From contig CBDHDF010000007.1 in assembly GCA_965261545.1 (NCBI GenBank), positions 448,001-512,000 on the forward strand: a DNA stretch of 64,000 nucleotides. Direction: 5' to 3'. Shown piece after piece: positions 1 to 10,018 of the stretch (within the stretch, counting starts at the first letter, position 1; each line of letters opens with the position of its first letter). A program made the translations under genes and the position numbers. This DNA is from Bdellovibrionales bacterium. GTDB lineage: Bacteria > Bdellovibrionota > Bdellovibrionia > Bdellovibrionales > UBA1609. The notes beneath the pieces are model-generated. The model was not told where the DNA came from and made no database searches. It saw only the letters and a list, made by a program, of their open reading frames with translations.

Positions 1-46
1 AAAGTAGATCACCAAGGAGTGAGCAGTTATCAGGAATATATCGAAT

Positions 47-2185
47 TTATTCCTGACCTCCATCGTTAAACGTCCAACCCTTTCCCATTAAACTTGTACG
101 AGATGATGCGGCACTGGATCTATATTTTAATGTGCCCACATCAATTGTCTTATCGAGGACTCTAGGTGTGCTTTTATTGAGTTGTATTAGAAGTTTTGAA
201 TAATTTTCAATGGATAGAGATGAATATTGTAAGAAATTACTTAAATTGATCTTCACCTTCGTAAAGTTCCACCCACTTGTATCTGGATTTGCTTTTCTTG
301 CATAGTAAAACATATCTAGCATATTTTTGACATTGGAAGTACTCCACCCACTTGTATCTGGCTTAGCTTGGATTGCAGAAGAAAACATCCTTGCCATATC
401 TGTGACATTGGAAGTATTCCACCCACTTGTATCTGGGGTGGCTTGGGTTGCAGCAGAAAACATACTTGCCATATTTGTGACATTGGAAGTATTCCACCCA
501 CTTGTATCTGGGGTGGCTTGGGTTGCAGAAGAAAACATAAATGCCATATTTATGACATTGGAAGTGTTCCACCCACTTGTATCTGGGGTGGCTTCGTATG
601 CAGAAGAAAACATACTTGCCATATTTGTGACATTGGAAGTATTCCACCCACTTGTATCTGGGGTGGCTTGGATTGCATAAAAAAACATCCTTGCCATATT
701 TGTGACATTGGAAGTATTCCACCCACTTGTATCTGGGGTGGCTTGGACTGCATAGTAAAACATACTTGCCATATTTATGACATTGGAAGTGTTCCACCCA
801 CTTGTATCTGGGGTGGCTTCGTATGCAGAAGAAAACATAAATTCCATATTTGTGACATTGGAAGTATTCCACCCACTTGTATCTGGGGTGGCTTGGATTG
901 CAGCAGAAAACATACTTGCCATATTTGTGACATTGGAAGTATTCCACCCACTTGTATCTGGCTTGGCTTGGGTTGCAGAAGCAAACATACTTGCCATATT
1001 TGTGACATTGGAAGTATTCCACCCACTTGTATCTGGCTTGGCTTGGGTTGCAGAAGAAAACATGCTTGCCATATTTGTGACATTGGAAGTATTCCACCCA
1101 CTTGTATCTGGCTTGGCTTGGGTTGCAGAAGAAAACATAAATGCCATATTTATGACATTGGAAGTGTTCCACCCACTTGTATCTGGGGTGGCTTCGTATG
1201 CAGAAGAAAACATAAATTCCATATTTGTGACATTGGAAGTATTCCACCCACTTGTATCTGGGGTGGCTTGGACTGCATAGTAAAACATACTTTCCATATT
1301 TGTGACATTGGAGGTACTCCATCCACTTGTATCTGTCTTGGCTTGGGTTGCAGCAGAAAACATAGATTCCATATTTGTGACATTGGAAGTATTTCCTCCA
1401 AGAACTTTTGTGAGAGAATCATTATTATGAAAGGCATAGGACAAATCTCTCCATCCTACATTTCCAAGATCGGTCACCTCAATCAAAAAATTTCTTGAGG
1501 ATTCCACGTTATTTTGAAATCCCTCACAAAGTCCCATAATGGTGATGGTATATGTTCCCTCTGTGGCATAAATATGTACCTTATCGGGATCATCAAAAGA
1601 CGTCACTTCACTGACACCACTTTTATCTCCCCAATCCACAATGAAATTATATTTTAAATTTGATGTGTCATTTTCTTTAAGTGGAAGAGTGAATGTATGG
1701 TTATTGTTGTCAAACTTCCATTTTGTTACAAAATGATTAATATCATTGGCAACAGTGACACTGTGTGTGTCCTTTCCATGTGTCACTGTGACTATGACTT
1801 CGTCTGATGTCTCTTGGCTCACATCGAAAGTTCCTGTAAAGACATTGGAACTGCAAGGCACTTCTACAGAAGTGATCTGAGGCTCTCCAACAACCACCGA
1901 CACGTCTCCATTCACATTTGAATCACAGGTTCCTTGTATCGTGTAGGACCTTGAATTGGATGAAAGAAGAGAGGCCAATGGTTCATTGACACTTAGGGGG
2001 CTCGATATAGGGTTGGAATTCGACGTAGGAACCGTATTTGATGTGGGAACGGTAACAACACCACTTTCTTTATTTTTCTTGTGACTATCGTTCTTCTTGC
2101 AACCCATAAGGGTCGTCAAAAATAAGATGAGTAAGATGGTGAGTAAAATCTCATAGATTATCTTCGCGTTGTTACTTTTTCTCAT
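47..2185 (-). CDS. DUF285/BspA-like surface repeat lipoprotein
   Basis: N-terminal hydrophobic stretch ending LMGC, Ser/Thr/Pro linker, PKD-like 'FIVDWGD' segment, then 15 repeats of 25 aa (WNTSNVTNMxxMFxxAxxAxPDTSG). Confidence 0.85.
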   Translation of the reverse strand: MRKSNNAKIIYEILLTILLILFLTTLMGCKKNDSHKKNKESGVVTVPTSNTVPTSNSNPISSPLSVNEPLASLLSSNSRSYTIQGTCDSNVNGDVSVVVGEPQITSVEVPCSSNVFTGTFDVSQETSDEVIVTVTHGKDTHSVTVANDINHFVTKWKFDNNNHTFTLPLKENDTSNLKYNFIVDWGDKSGVSEVTSFDDPDKVHIYATEGTYTITIMGLCEGFQNNVESSRNFLIEVTDLGNVGWRDLSYAFHNNDSLTKVLGGNTSNVTNMESMFSAATQAKTDTSGWSTSNVTNMESMFYYAVQATPDTSGWNTSNVTNMEFMFSSAYEATPDTSGWNTSNVINMAFMFSSATQAKPDTSGWNTSNVTNMASMFSSATQAKPDTSGWNTSNVTNMASMFASATQAKPDTSGWNTSNVTNMASMFSAAIQATPDTSGWNTSNVTNMEFMFSSAYEATPDTSGWNTSNVINMASMFYYAVQATPDTSGWNTSNVTNMARMFFYAIQATPDTSGWNTSNVTNMASMFSSAYEATPDTSGWNTSNVINMAFMFSSATQATPDTSGWNTSNVTNMASMFSAATQATPDTSGWNTSNVTDMARMFSSAIQAKPDTSGWSTSNVKNMLDMFYYARKANPDTSGWNFTKVKINLSNFLQYSSLSIENYSKLLIQLNKSTPRVLDKTIDVGTLKYRSSAASSRTSLMGKGWTFNDGGQE
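268..1393. repeat. 15 x 75-bp intragenic tandem repeat
   Basis: gacattggaagtattccacccacttgtatctgg recurs every 75 bp; in frame; boundaries approximate. Confidence 0.95.
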
Positions 2186-2696
2186 TTTCTACCTTGATCT
2201 TCAAAGAAGGGAGTCGTTCCATTACGACTTCTACTCAATAATTCGGTAAATAGTTTGATTGAATGAAATCAAAAGTGGAATGAACTCATGGGCGGTGGGA
2301 TGGAGGAATTTTTACATTGAGACCCCAAAATGTATTGTTTTGTACACCTAGAGATTCTTCTTCTACACATCAGCTTGGATACAACGAAACTAAAAGCCTA
2401 GCTGGACTTTAGTATTGAAATCTCAACCCGAGGGGCATCTATCCATATCTACATCTATTAAGTATCTCTACAAAATCTATAAAAAGATAAACAAATCCTA
2501 TGAAAACCTCTTGATAAATAAACAATTAATTATTACCATAACATTCAGTAATAACTATTATTCTCCGATTTGTTTTATGAATGAACCTATGAATGAAACA
2601 TAGACCATCGGGACGAGAGACAATCCACGACTTAAGGAGTTGTGTCATGCATAGTATACTCCAAACCCATCACTATATCCGAGGGAGAAAAGTAAC

Positions 2697-3458
2697 TTGA
2701 AGGCTTTGAAATGGAAAACACTCCGATACACTCTTGCTTCACCCAGCAAGTTGCAGAAAATTATGAAACTTCCCATAGCAATACCTATATCTGTACCTGT
2801 CATAAGGACTCTTGCTCCACTCCTTGTTGGATTATCTCCACTTTTCATATCTGTTCCAACCTTGGCAAAAAAGTTTATGATCGACCCTGCCCATAGCTCC
2901 ATTGAATTTAGTGTGAAACATTTAGGGATTGCCCCTGTGAAAGGTCGCTTCAAGGTCTTTGAGGGTAGCTTTGATTTTTATGAGAAAACAGGCGTGGCAA
3001 AAAATCTCATAGTGAAGATGGATGTTGACTCCATCGATACCAATGAGTCTAACCGGGACGCCCACCTACGAAGCAAAGACTTTTTTCATGTACGAAATGA
3101 TACATATGATATCATTGAAGAAAATCGGTATCTCATTTTTAAAGCCGCTTCCACCTCTATCAAGAGTAAAGAAATCGCAGGACGCCTTAAAATATTAAAG
3201 ACCACTCGACCGGTCGTACTTACATCTCAGGTACGCCCCCTCAAAAATGGTGCAAATACAGAGAGGATTGGAGTTCAAGCCGAAGGAATGGTAAATCGTC
3301 AACACTTTGGGCTCACTTGGCAAAAGCCCTCCACTGGTTTCTTAGCCAAGGCTGCCGGCAAATTTGTGGGTGATGAAGTCAAAATCATCATCCATGCGTT
3401 AGCCAAACCAGAGCCAGAAAAAAAATCAAAACTAAAGGCAAAACTAAAACATAATTAA
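2697..3458 (+). CDS. yceI: YceI family periplasmic protein
   Basis: IDPAHSSIEFSVKHLG, VKGRF, SIDT..RDAHLRSKDFF, NRQHFGL, VGDEV motifs; start may be ATG 2763. Confidence 0.9.
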   Translation: MKALKWKTLRYTLASPSKLQKIMKLPIAIPISVPVIRTLAPLLVGLSPLFISVPTLAKKFMIDPAHSSIEFSVKHLGIAPVKGRFKVFEGSFDFYEKTGVAKNLIVKMDVDSIDTNESNRDAHLRSKDFFHVRNDTYDIIEENRYLIFKAASTSIKSKEIAGRLKILKTTRPVVLTSQVRPLKNGANTERIGVQAEGMVNRQHFGLTWQKPSTGFLAKAAGKFVGDEVKIIIHALAKPEPEKKSKLKAKLKHN

Positions 3459-3503
3459 AACCATAACTAATAACCATAAAATCCACTCAAAAAGGAGAAA
3501 AAA

Positions 3504-3821
3504 ATGAAAAAAAGAATATCCAAGAAAATTGCTCTCGGCGGACTTATCCTTACAAGTTGCACTCTTTCAGCCATGGAAGCGACCCAAGCAGAAACTCACT
3601 GTAAAGGGGTCGCCACAAAATGGGTGAACGACTGTAAAGCCAATGGACACGGATGCTCCATGCACGCTGAAGCCAACTTTGATGCCAATGAGTGGCTCAA
3701 ACTATCCTCTAAGGATTGCAAACAAGTCCAAGAGGCTATCAAAAACCCTGTCGTCAAACGCTATATAGAACGCATTCAAAAAGGCACTGTGACAGCAGTA
3801 AAACGTGGCAAAAAGTTCTAG
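3504..3821 (+). CDS. BufA1/DUF2282-like MNIO RiPP precursor
   Basis: Signal peptide; four-Cys core HCKGV..NDC..HGC..EW..C resembling DUF2282; aaggag RBS; overlaps the DUF692 gene. Confidence 0.8.
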   Translation: MKKRISKKIALGGLILTSCTLSAMEATQAETHCKGVATKWVNDCKANGHGCSMHAEANFDANEWLKLSSKDCKQVQEAIKNPVVKRYIERIQKGTVTAVKRGKKF

Positions 3822-4698
3822 TCACCATCCAATCACAGGGGTGGGGGTCAGTGCCCGACCACAGCACTTTGAAGAACTACTGAATTCAGAGGTTCCTGCT
3901 TTCCCTTGGCTTGAGGTTTTAGCAGATAACTATCTCCATGAAGACAGTATCAGTCACCAAAGGCTTAGGGCTTTGACCCCATCCTACCCCCTTGTCTTTC
4001 ACTGTGTGGGAATGTCTCTTGGATCTTCCACGGACTTTCATTGGGATTATTTAAAAAAACTTAAAAAACTGATTCGCCTTATCAAGCCCCAGTGGATCTC
4101 AGACCATTTATGTTTTTCTTCCTTTGGCCCGTCCCATTACCATGATCTCATTCCCCTCCCCTACACCCAAAGCATGGTCAAACATATAAAGAAGAAGTTG
4201 AGTATTCTCCAAGACTTCTTTGAAATTCCCCTCTTGCTAGAAAATGTAACAAACTATATGAGTTATGCTTCCAATGAAATGAGTGAAGCTGAATTCCTCA
4301 ATGAGATTCTCGCTCACACCCATGTGGACCTACTCCTTGACATCAATAATATATACGTCAATTCATTCAATCATAAGTTTGACCCCTATGCATTTGTGAA
4401 CCAAATTGACTTTTCAAGGGTCAAGCAAATCCACCTTGCAGGCTTCACAGACAATGGGTCTTATCTCGTGGACACGCATTCAAAGCCCGTCCATCAAGAA
4501 GTTCAAAAACTCTACCAACACACACTCCAGCGATCCCATAAGCCCATCCCCGTTTGCTTAGAATGGGACGAAGACATACCAGATTTTCCAACTTTTCAAA
4601 GAGAACAAAAGAAAATAGAACAAATATTTCAGAGCCAAGAAAATATTTTTAGGAGCACCATTGAGCCAAGATATTGCGAAAATCCAACGGGCCTATGA
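3805..4698 (+). CDS. DUF692 multinuclear non-heme iron oxidase (MNIO, BufB-like)
   Basis: FHCVGMSLGS, WISDHLCF, LLLENV, LLLDINNIYVN, IHLAG, VDTH, LEWD motifs. Confidence 0.93.
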   Translation: MAKSSSHHPITGVGVSARPQHFEELLNSEVPAFPWLEVLADNYLHEDSISHQRLRALTPSYPLVFHCVGMSLGSSTDFHWDYLKKLKKLIRLIKPQWISDHLCFSSFGPSHYHDLIPLPYTQSMVKHIKKKLSILQDFFEIPLLLENVTNYMSYASNEMSEAEFLNEILAHTHVDLLLDINNIYVNSFNHKFDPYAFVNQIDFSRVKQIHLAGFTDNGSYLVDTHSKPVHQEVQKLYQHTLQRSHKPIPVCLEWDEDIPDFPTFQREQKKIEQIFQSQENIFRSTIEPRYCENPTGL

Positions 4699-5362
4699 AA
4701 AGTGGATCACCAAAGGAGCCCCTCAAGAACTCCTTGATGTCCTATCACCTCTCCCCACAATGAATAAAAACATATCTCTTCAAATCTATAAGAACAATTA
4801 CATATCTTCTCTGCTAAAGTCCATGACAGACACATACAGCGCATGTGAGAAGCTTCTAGAAAATGAGACCTTTACAAGGCTGATATTGGATTATATTTCA
4901 CAAACTCCCTCTCCCCACCCCTTACTTTCATCCTATGGTGAAACATTTCCCACCTTTTTGAGCCACTCTGTGATTCATAGAGAAATTCCCTTCTTATCAG
5001 AACTTGCAAGGTATGAATGGACCCTTAAAAAGGTCATTCTTGGTACCTTTCCCTCCCATGAAAAGGGCATAAACTTTTCTTCAAGCCATCCCGTCAGCGA
5101 AATCTGGTCTGCCATCACACACTCTGAAGATATCTTTGAGGACTCCTCTGAGGACAGATCTCAGAGTACCTCTCAAGACAGTTCGAACACTTCCCAAGGT
5201 CGCTCTCAAGACAGTTCCCAGGACAACTCTGATAGAGCCAAAATATCTGAAATACCCGAAGCACCTCCCATGGGCGAAAAACACTTCACCTACTTGATAA
5301 CTAAAACAAACCATGGTTGTAAAACGATCCCTTTCCTCCCTTCTTTGACATCCTTATATTAG
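4661..5362 (+). CDS. DUF2063 MNIO partner protein (BufC/HvfC-like)
   Basis: LQIYKNN, YGETFP, FLSELARYEW motifs; overlaps the end of the MNIO gene. Confidence 0.85.
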   Translation: MSQDIAKIQRAYEKWITKGAPQELLDVLSPLPTMNKNISLQIYKNNYISSLLKSMTDTYSACEKLLENETFTRLILDYISQTPSPHPLLSSYGETFPTFLSHSVIHREIPFLSELARYEWTLKKVILGTFPSHEKGINFSSSHPVSEIWSAITHSEDIFEDSSEDRSQSTSQDSSNTSQGRSQDSSQDNSDRAKISEIPEAPPMGEKHFTYLITKTNHGCKTIPFLPSLTSLY

Positions 5363-5567
5363 GATGAATTTCTTTCAAATCTGTGGATCATTTTAACACA
5401 CCTGATCCAAAAGCAAATAGGCTATTATATTCAATAGGTTAGAGACTCTCACAGGTCTAAAACGACACAAACGACACAAAGCGTATATAAAATATACAAA
5501 TAGCCAGCCTAAGCAGGGCTATTCAATCCTCTGAAAGTCCATACAAAGCACTTTGAGACATCCACTT

Positions 5568-5583
5568 TGGCATGCAATTTGCT
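5568..5583 (+). promoter_or_regulatory. sigma54 (-24/-12) promoter candidate
   Basis: TGGCATGCAATTTGCT: GG-N10-GC, close to consensus TGGCAC-N5-TTGCW. Confidence 0.6.
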
Positions 5584-5593
5584 ATATAGTAAG

Positions 5594-5645
5594 TTTCCCC
5601 CCTTGGCGACCTGGCCCCCCCTTTTTACCAGGTCGCCATTTTTTT
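5594..5645 (+). ncRNA. candidate ~50-nt C-rich small RNA ending in an intrinsic terminator
   Basis: Predicted +1 about 12 nt after the sigma54 GC; C6 tract, perfect 11-bp stem 5604-5614/5628-5638 with C7-containing loop, then T7. Confidence 0.4.
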
Positions 5646-5742
5646 ATCTCCTTGTGCCATCTCGTAAAGCTGAATCTCCCAGATTGTATCCATTACCAGA
5701 TTGTATCCATCATCTGTCAGGCTCACTACTTTTATCTGAGGC

Positions 5743-6654
5743 TCACTTACTTTCTTCAATCACCTCAATACCTAGCTGAGTTTCAATATCTCGTTGTAGC
5801 TTTTCCATGGGGGTAAGAGCTTTAGGAGGAAGTTTGCCATCAGAAAGGCTAAGAGCTTGATAAAGAGTCAGAAATTGTGGGGTATGAGCAAAATTTATCA
5901 TAAAAGTTCGCCTTCCACATTGAGCTCTAAATTGAGTTTCTCCCAAAAAGGATGGATGAGAGTAAAACTTAAAGCTCTTAGAACGAGACTCCAAAACCAT
6001 TTTAAGAGAGGAGGGAACAGACACTGAAGCCACAGACGTCGCCATACATGGCAACTGAATATGAGAGATAGAGTCACCTGCCATACCAATGGTTTTTTTA
6101 TTTAAAAGTAGAGGCTTTTGCCAAAGAACTTGCTCCTCCCAATGGGATATCCATTTTTTCTGAGGTAGAGTTGATAACTTCAACTTCAATTCAATCCAAT
6201 AATTCCTTTTTTCTTTTTTTGGGAATTTTTGCTCAACAGATAAATAGGCTATATAGAGACCAAGCTTATGATTCCTGATAATTTTGTGAATAAAAAGGAA
6301 TTGTTCTCCTCCTTGAGCCTGGAAGTAATCTAAAGTACGAGAGTATTTATCAGAAATAACTTCTCTAAGATCCACTGAAAATCTTCTGTAAATCATGATT
6401 CGTTTTTTTTCTTTTGAACCTCTTGAAATAATATCTCCATGTATTTCATAGTAATCCTCCAGAAAAGATTTTAGAAATGAGTATTCAGCTTCTAAGTTAA
6501 GAGGGACCTCCATAGGCACTTCTTCTTGAAATTGTGATCGAATCCATAGAAGAGCATCCATATCATAGATCAAGGAGTAGGTGACAAGCCCTCCCCAAGA
6601 ACTCAGAGCAAGAAGAAAAATATGATAGAGAATATTTTTCTTTAACAATAACAA
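5743..6654 (-). CDS. hypothetical membrane-anchored protein
   Basis: 303-aa ORF, one N-terminal TM segment, 5 bp after the kinase gene. Confidence 0.6.
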   Translation of the reverse strand: MLLLKKNILYHIFLLALSSWGGLVTYSLIYDMDALLWIRSQFQEEVPMEVPLNLEAEYSFLKSFLEDYYEIHGDIISRGSKEKKRIMIYRRFSVDLREVISDKYSRTLDYFQAQGGEQFLFIHKIIRNHKLGLYIAYLSVEQKFPKKEKRNYWIELKLKLSTLPQKKWISHWEEQVLWQKPLLLNKKTIGMAGDSISHIQLPCMATSVASVSVPSSLKMVLESRSKSFKFYSHPSFLGETQFRAQCGRRTFMINFAHTPQFLTLYQALSLSDGKLPPKALTPMEKLQRDIETQLGIEVIEESK

Positions 6655-6659
6655 ATTTC

Positions 6660-8099
6660 TTAGCTCCTTAGCTCCAATGGAGTTTTCAAAGTCAACTCAA
6701 GGGTGGTTCCCTGGTAAACTTTAGAGTGCACATGAATGGAGCCCCCCCACTCTTTAACTTTCTGACTTACATAGTACAAACCAAGACCTGTGCCTGAAGA
6801 CTTTCCCCTCGTAAAGTGCTCTTCAAAGACCTTATCCAAATCTTCAAAAGGCATTCCCTGTCCATTATCAGTGAAAGTGATTCGACAAAAATCTCCCTCT
6901 GTCACTGCCCGGCATGAGATCAAGCCCTCACAAGGTGGGAGCTGCGCCTCCATACTATTATTCATAATATTAGAAAAACACCGTATAAGTTCCACAGGAG
7001 AACTTATGACCTTAATATTCTCAGGAATCTCGACAACAAACCGAATGCTCTTATTAAGAACCTGCTTCTCCTGAATGAGACTCTGAACCAAGGGTGCCAA
7101 TCTCAAAGAACGAACCTTTCGCTCCATTTGGTAGGGGCTTTGCTCCCCAGGGTTGAGGAGATCACGACTGGTGTCCACAATTCTTTGAATGGAGGATCGA
7201 ACAAGGTCCATTTGAGGGAGAGGCATTTGAAAGTTTCCCTGCATGGCAATATCTAAGGCCATAGCTGGAGACAAAATATCGTGGGCCACTTGCCTTGTGA
7301 TCTTAGAAATCTCTTTCTCTGTTTCTAGTTCCATTTGAGTTTCCTTGAGATCTATACGCAAATCCAACCCCTGTTTCACAAGGTGAACAAGTTCAAGAGT
7401 GACTTTGTCTCCACGATCTTGATCTTCCATGGGAAATTTGTTTTCGGGATTCTGACTCCACTTTTTGAGAATATCCAAAGTGAAAACCAGGGCCTTTTTA
7501 TAACCCAAGAGAGGAAAGATGGCCGCCCCAATCACCAAGGCGATCATCACAAGAATGACAGAGATAAAAAGAGGAGAGAACAAAGTCGCTTGAATGAAGT
7601 GTTGAGGAGCAAGGCATGAACGAATCTTGCCAAGATGAAGACCCTGCATTGTGAGGGAGATTTCAACAGGTTGTAAGCAAGTTGCACCCTCTGAAATCAA
7701 ATTCTCTGAAATCGAACCCTCTGAAAATATCCTAGAAGAGGACTCAAAAGAGGGCTTAGAAACCCACCTGTAAAGACTTTTCCCTTGAACAATAACTTCA
7801 TAGCTAGATATGGGGAAGACCCTTAAACCATGAACGAGTTTTTCCACAAGGACTTCATTTGTTTGGTCAAAAATATTTCGTGCTATTTCATACTCCCACT
7901 GAGAAGCGTAAGCATGAATATCAGAGCGAGCCTTCTCATATTGGGAGTAGAGCAAAGCCATGTAAAGAAAACCCACAAAAAAAGCCACGGACGGGAGTAT
8001 GACAAAAAAGGGTTTTCTAAAAAGCTTCAGCAAGTGATCCTCTTTGGAATGACGACTCTCTGTGATTCCCTTAGGAGTGATACAGATGGGCTTCTTCAC
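6660..8099 (-). CDS. membrane sensor histidine kinase
   Basis: Two TM segments; H-box VAHDILSP; N-box NIMNNS; DNGQG and GTGLGL G-boxes. Confidence 0.9.
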   Translation of the reverse strand: MKKPICITPKGITESRHSKEDHLLKLFRKPFFVILPSVAFFVGFLYMALLYSQYEKARSDIHAYASQWEYEIARNIFDQTNEVLVEKLVHGLRVFPISSYEVIVQGKSLYRWVSKPSFESSSRIFSEGSISENLISEGATCLQPVEISLTMQGLHLGKIRSCLAPQHFIQATLFSPLFISVILVMIALVIGAAIFPLLGYKKALVFTLDILKKWSQNPENKFPMEDQDRGDKVTLELVHLVKQGLDLRIDLKETQMELETEKEISKITRQVAHDILSPAMALDIAMQGNFQMPLPQMDLVRSSIQRIVDTSRDLLNPGEQSPYQMERKVRSLRLAPLVQSLIQEKQVLNKSIRFVVEIPENIKVISSPVELIRCFSNIMNNSMEAQLPPCEGLISCRAVTEGDFCRITFTDNGQGMPFEDLDKVFEEHFTRGKSSGTGLGLYYVSQKVKEWGGSIHVHSKVYQGTTLELTLKTPLELRS

Positions 8100-8202
8100 T
8101 TGTGATGGGCTTCACCAGTGAATCACTTTCACTAGAAAGTGATTCACTTGGGAGTGATAGTAATACCGATACCTTTAGAAGTCACTCTTAAGGGATTGTT
8201 GC

Positions 8203-8682
8203 CTATGGATCCAGTGACAAAAGTTTAAAACCCTTTTGAAGAACCTGGCCCACCTCGGATTTAGGTATTTCATAAATATTAATTTGACCTGTCATGGTTC
8301 CGCATTGTTGAATGTGAAGCGTCCCATCCAAACGATTTTCCTTAGAAAAAATCTGAAGTCCCTTGAGTTCAAGCGCCATGACATCTAAGGGAATGGCTTT
8401 TCCCATACCACACTGAAGACTCCCATCATACTTGTATACAAAAGCTGTTGGAACATTACTGTCATAGGGAGTGGCTATTTTTAAGTCTTCCCCCATGAAA
8501 ATAGAAGAGGAAGGATCCACGGAAGGACGCCTCCTCGTATGGCGACAGTCGGATGAAGAACAGGCAATGAAGAAGATGAAAGATATAAGTAAAAAAAGAC
8601 TCCCATGCATCTGTTTTATGTTCTTTATGTTCATGGTGATGCTCATAACTTTACTCCTCCTCCCACGGCCAAATATCAACAC
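8203..8682 (-). CDS. putative lipoprotein
   Basis: Hydrophobic stretch ending FIAC; conserved-looking YKYDGSLQC..CG..TG..N motif; true start probably later. Confidence 0.6.
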   Translation of the reverse strand: MLIFGRGRRSKVMSITMNIKNIKQMHGSLFLLISFIFFIACSSSDCRHTRRRPSVDPSSSIFMGEDLKIATPYDSNVPTAFVYKYDGSLQCGMGKAIPLDVMALELKGLQIFSKENRLDGTLHIQQCGTMTGQINIYEIPKSEVGQVLQKGFKLLSLDP

Positions 8683-9988
8683 TTCTCTTCCAACCCATTT
8701 TCAAAGCAAAAAGGTTGGCCCCTTGAGAAATAAAATAAACCTCACCCGTCTTTGCATCCAGAGAGGGAGCACTCGCAATTCCTCTCCCTGGTGAGTATTT
8801 TCCCACTTCGCTACCATGAGTGGCATCAACAACCCTTAGGCCACCTTGGGAAACACCAAAGACCACAAGACCCCTAAAAAACTTGGGTTGGGAAGCCACG
8901 CCATGGATGAGTTTGATTTTCCATAACTCTTTTCCCGACTTTTTGTCTAAAGCTTTTACAAAACCACTGGAGGTTGAGTAAAACAGACGATCCCCTTCAA
9001 TAGTCACTGCCGTGTGGCCACCACCTTCCACTTTCCATAGAGTTTGACCCGTTCGAGCATTAAGGCAAAATAAGTTCCCATCATAGCTGGAAATGTAAAT
9101 ACGATTCCCCTCCTTGACAGGGAAGGCATCAATATCTTGAAACCTTTTATTTTGACTAAGTTGCCTCTCCCAAAGAACTTGCCCCCTCTTGGAAGATCCA
9201 CTGGAGCTTGTGCCACTGGAGTCTTTGCCGCCAGCAACCAATGCGACCAAGAAACCATCCGTAAATCCCACATAGAGAACTCCATCATGAAACAAGGGGC
9301 GACTGGAAGCTTGAATTGTAAGATCCGAAGGACTTGGCCTCGCATAAAGCCATTTTTGACGACCTGTTTGAGTATCTAAAGCATAGACAGTATTATTGCC
9401 CGAGAGAAAATACACAACCCTATTGTGGACAAAGGGCCTTCCAAGGGTAGGATACTTAGTGAAAAAAGTCCATTGGATATCTCCTGTACGAGCATCCAAA
9501 GAGTAAAAATATCCATTGCCCCCTCCAAAGTAGAGGCTGCTCCCGACGAACTGAGCCCCTCCATCCACACCATGGAGAATATGCTTTCTCCAAATAAGAT
9601 CCCCAGACTTACGCTCATAAGCAGACATCCCATCTTTGGCATTACCCTGGTAAAGAATATCATCTGTCACCACAGTTTCCATGCGGTGGTCGTGGAAAAA
9701 ACCCATAGAGCCTTGGGTCGTGGTATCACGAACCCACTTCTTTTCAATCATAAAGTAACGCTCAACAACGGGTTGACCCAAATAGCGACTTAGATGGCTA
9801 CAAGAAGTCAGTCCCCCTAAAAAACCAGCAAGCAATACAAACAGGGCCAGCCGCCACCATAAGCCATCATGTGACCCATATAATCCATGCAATCTATATG
9901 ATCCATACCCATGTAACCTCCACAAGTCCAAGTCATAGATTCTTGAAACGGTATTTTTCTGATATAAGCTATCCATCATCGCTTGCAA
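8651..9988 (-). CDS. bamB: BamB-like PQQ beta-propeller lipoprotein
   Basis: Lipobox LTSC; repeated LDARTG..W propeller motifs; downstream of a YfgM-like gene. Confidence 0.75.
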   Translation of the reverse strand: MQAMMDSLYQKNTVSRIYDLDLWRLHGYGSYRLHGLYGSHDGLWWRLALFVLLAGFLGGLTSCSHLSRYLGQPVVERYFMIEKKWVRDTTTQGSMGFFHDHRMETVVTDDILYQGNAKDGMSAYERKSGDLIWRKHILHGVDGGAQFVGSSLYFGGGNGYFYSLDARTGDIQWTFFTKYPTLGRPFVHNRVVYFLSGNNTVYALDTQTGRQKWLYARPSPSDLTIQASSRPLFHDGVLYVGFTDGFLVALVAGGKDSSGTSSSGSSKRGQVLWERQLSQNKRFQDIDAFPVKEGNRIYISSYDGNLFCLNARTGQTLWKVEGGGHTAVTIEGDRLFYSTSSGFVKALDKKSGKELWKIKLIHGVASQPKFFRGLVVFGVSQGGLRVVDATHGSEVGKYSPGRGIASAPSLDAKTGEVYFISQGANLFALKMGWKRSVDIWPWEEE

Positions 9989-10018
9989 TCTCCATGGTCA
10001 CAGTCATCTTTAAAGAAA

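Noticed and set aside
268..1393. CRISPR array or DGR template
   Set aside because: No unique spacers, period is a multiple of 3 inside a CDS, and no cas or RT gene in the window
316..1498. Long Cys-rich alternative-frame and antisense ORFs
   Set aside because: Shadows of the in-frame 75-bp repeat of the DUF285 gene
5553..5816. Short + strand ORFs of 87 and 70 aa
   Set aside because: They cross a strong terminator-like hairpin, overlap the opposite gene and have no recognisable motif
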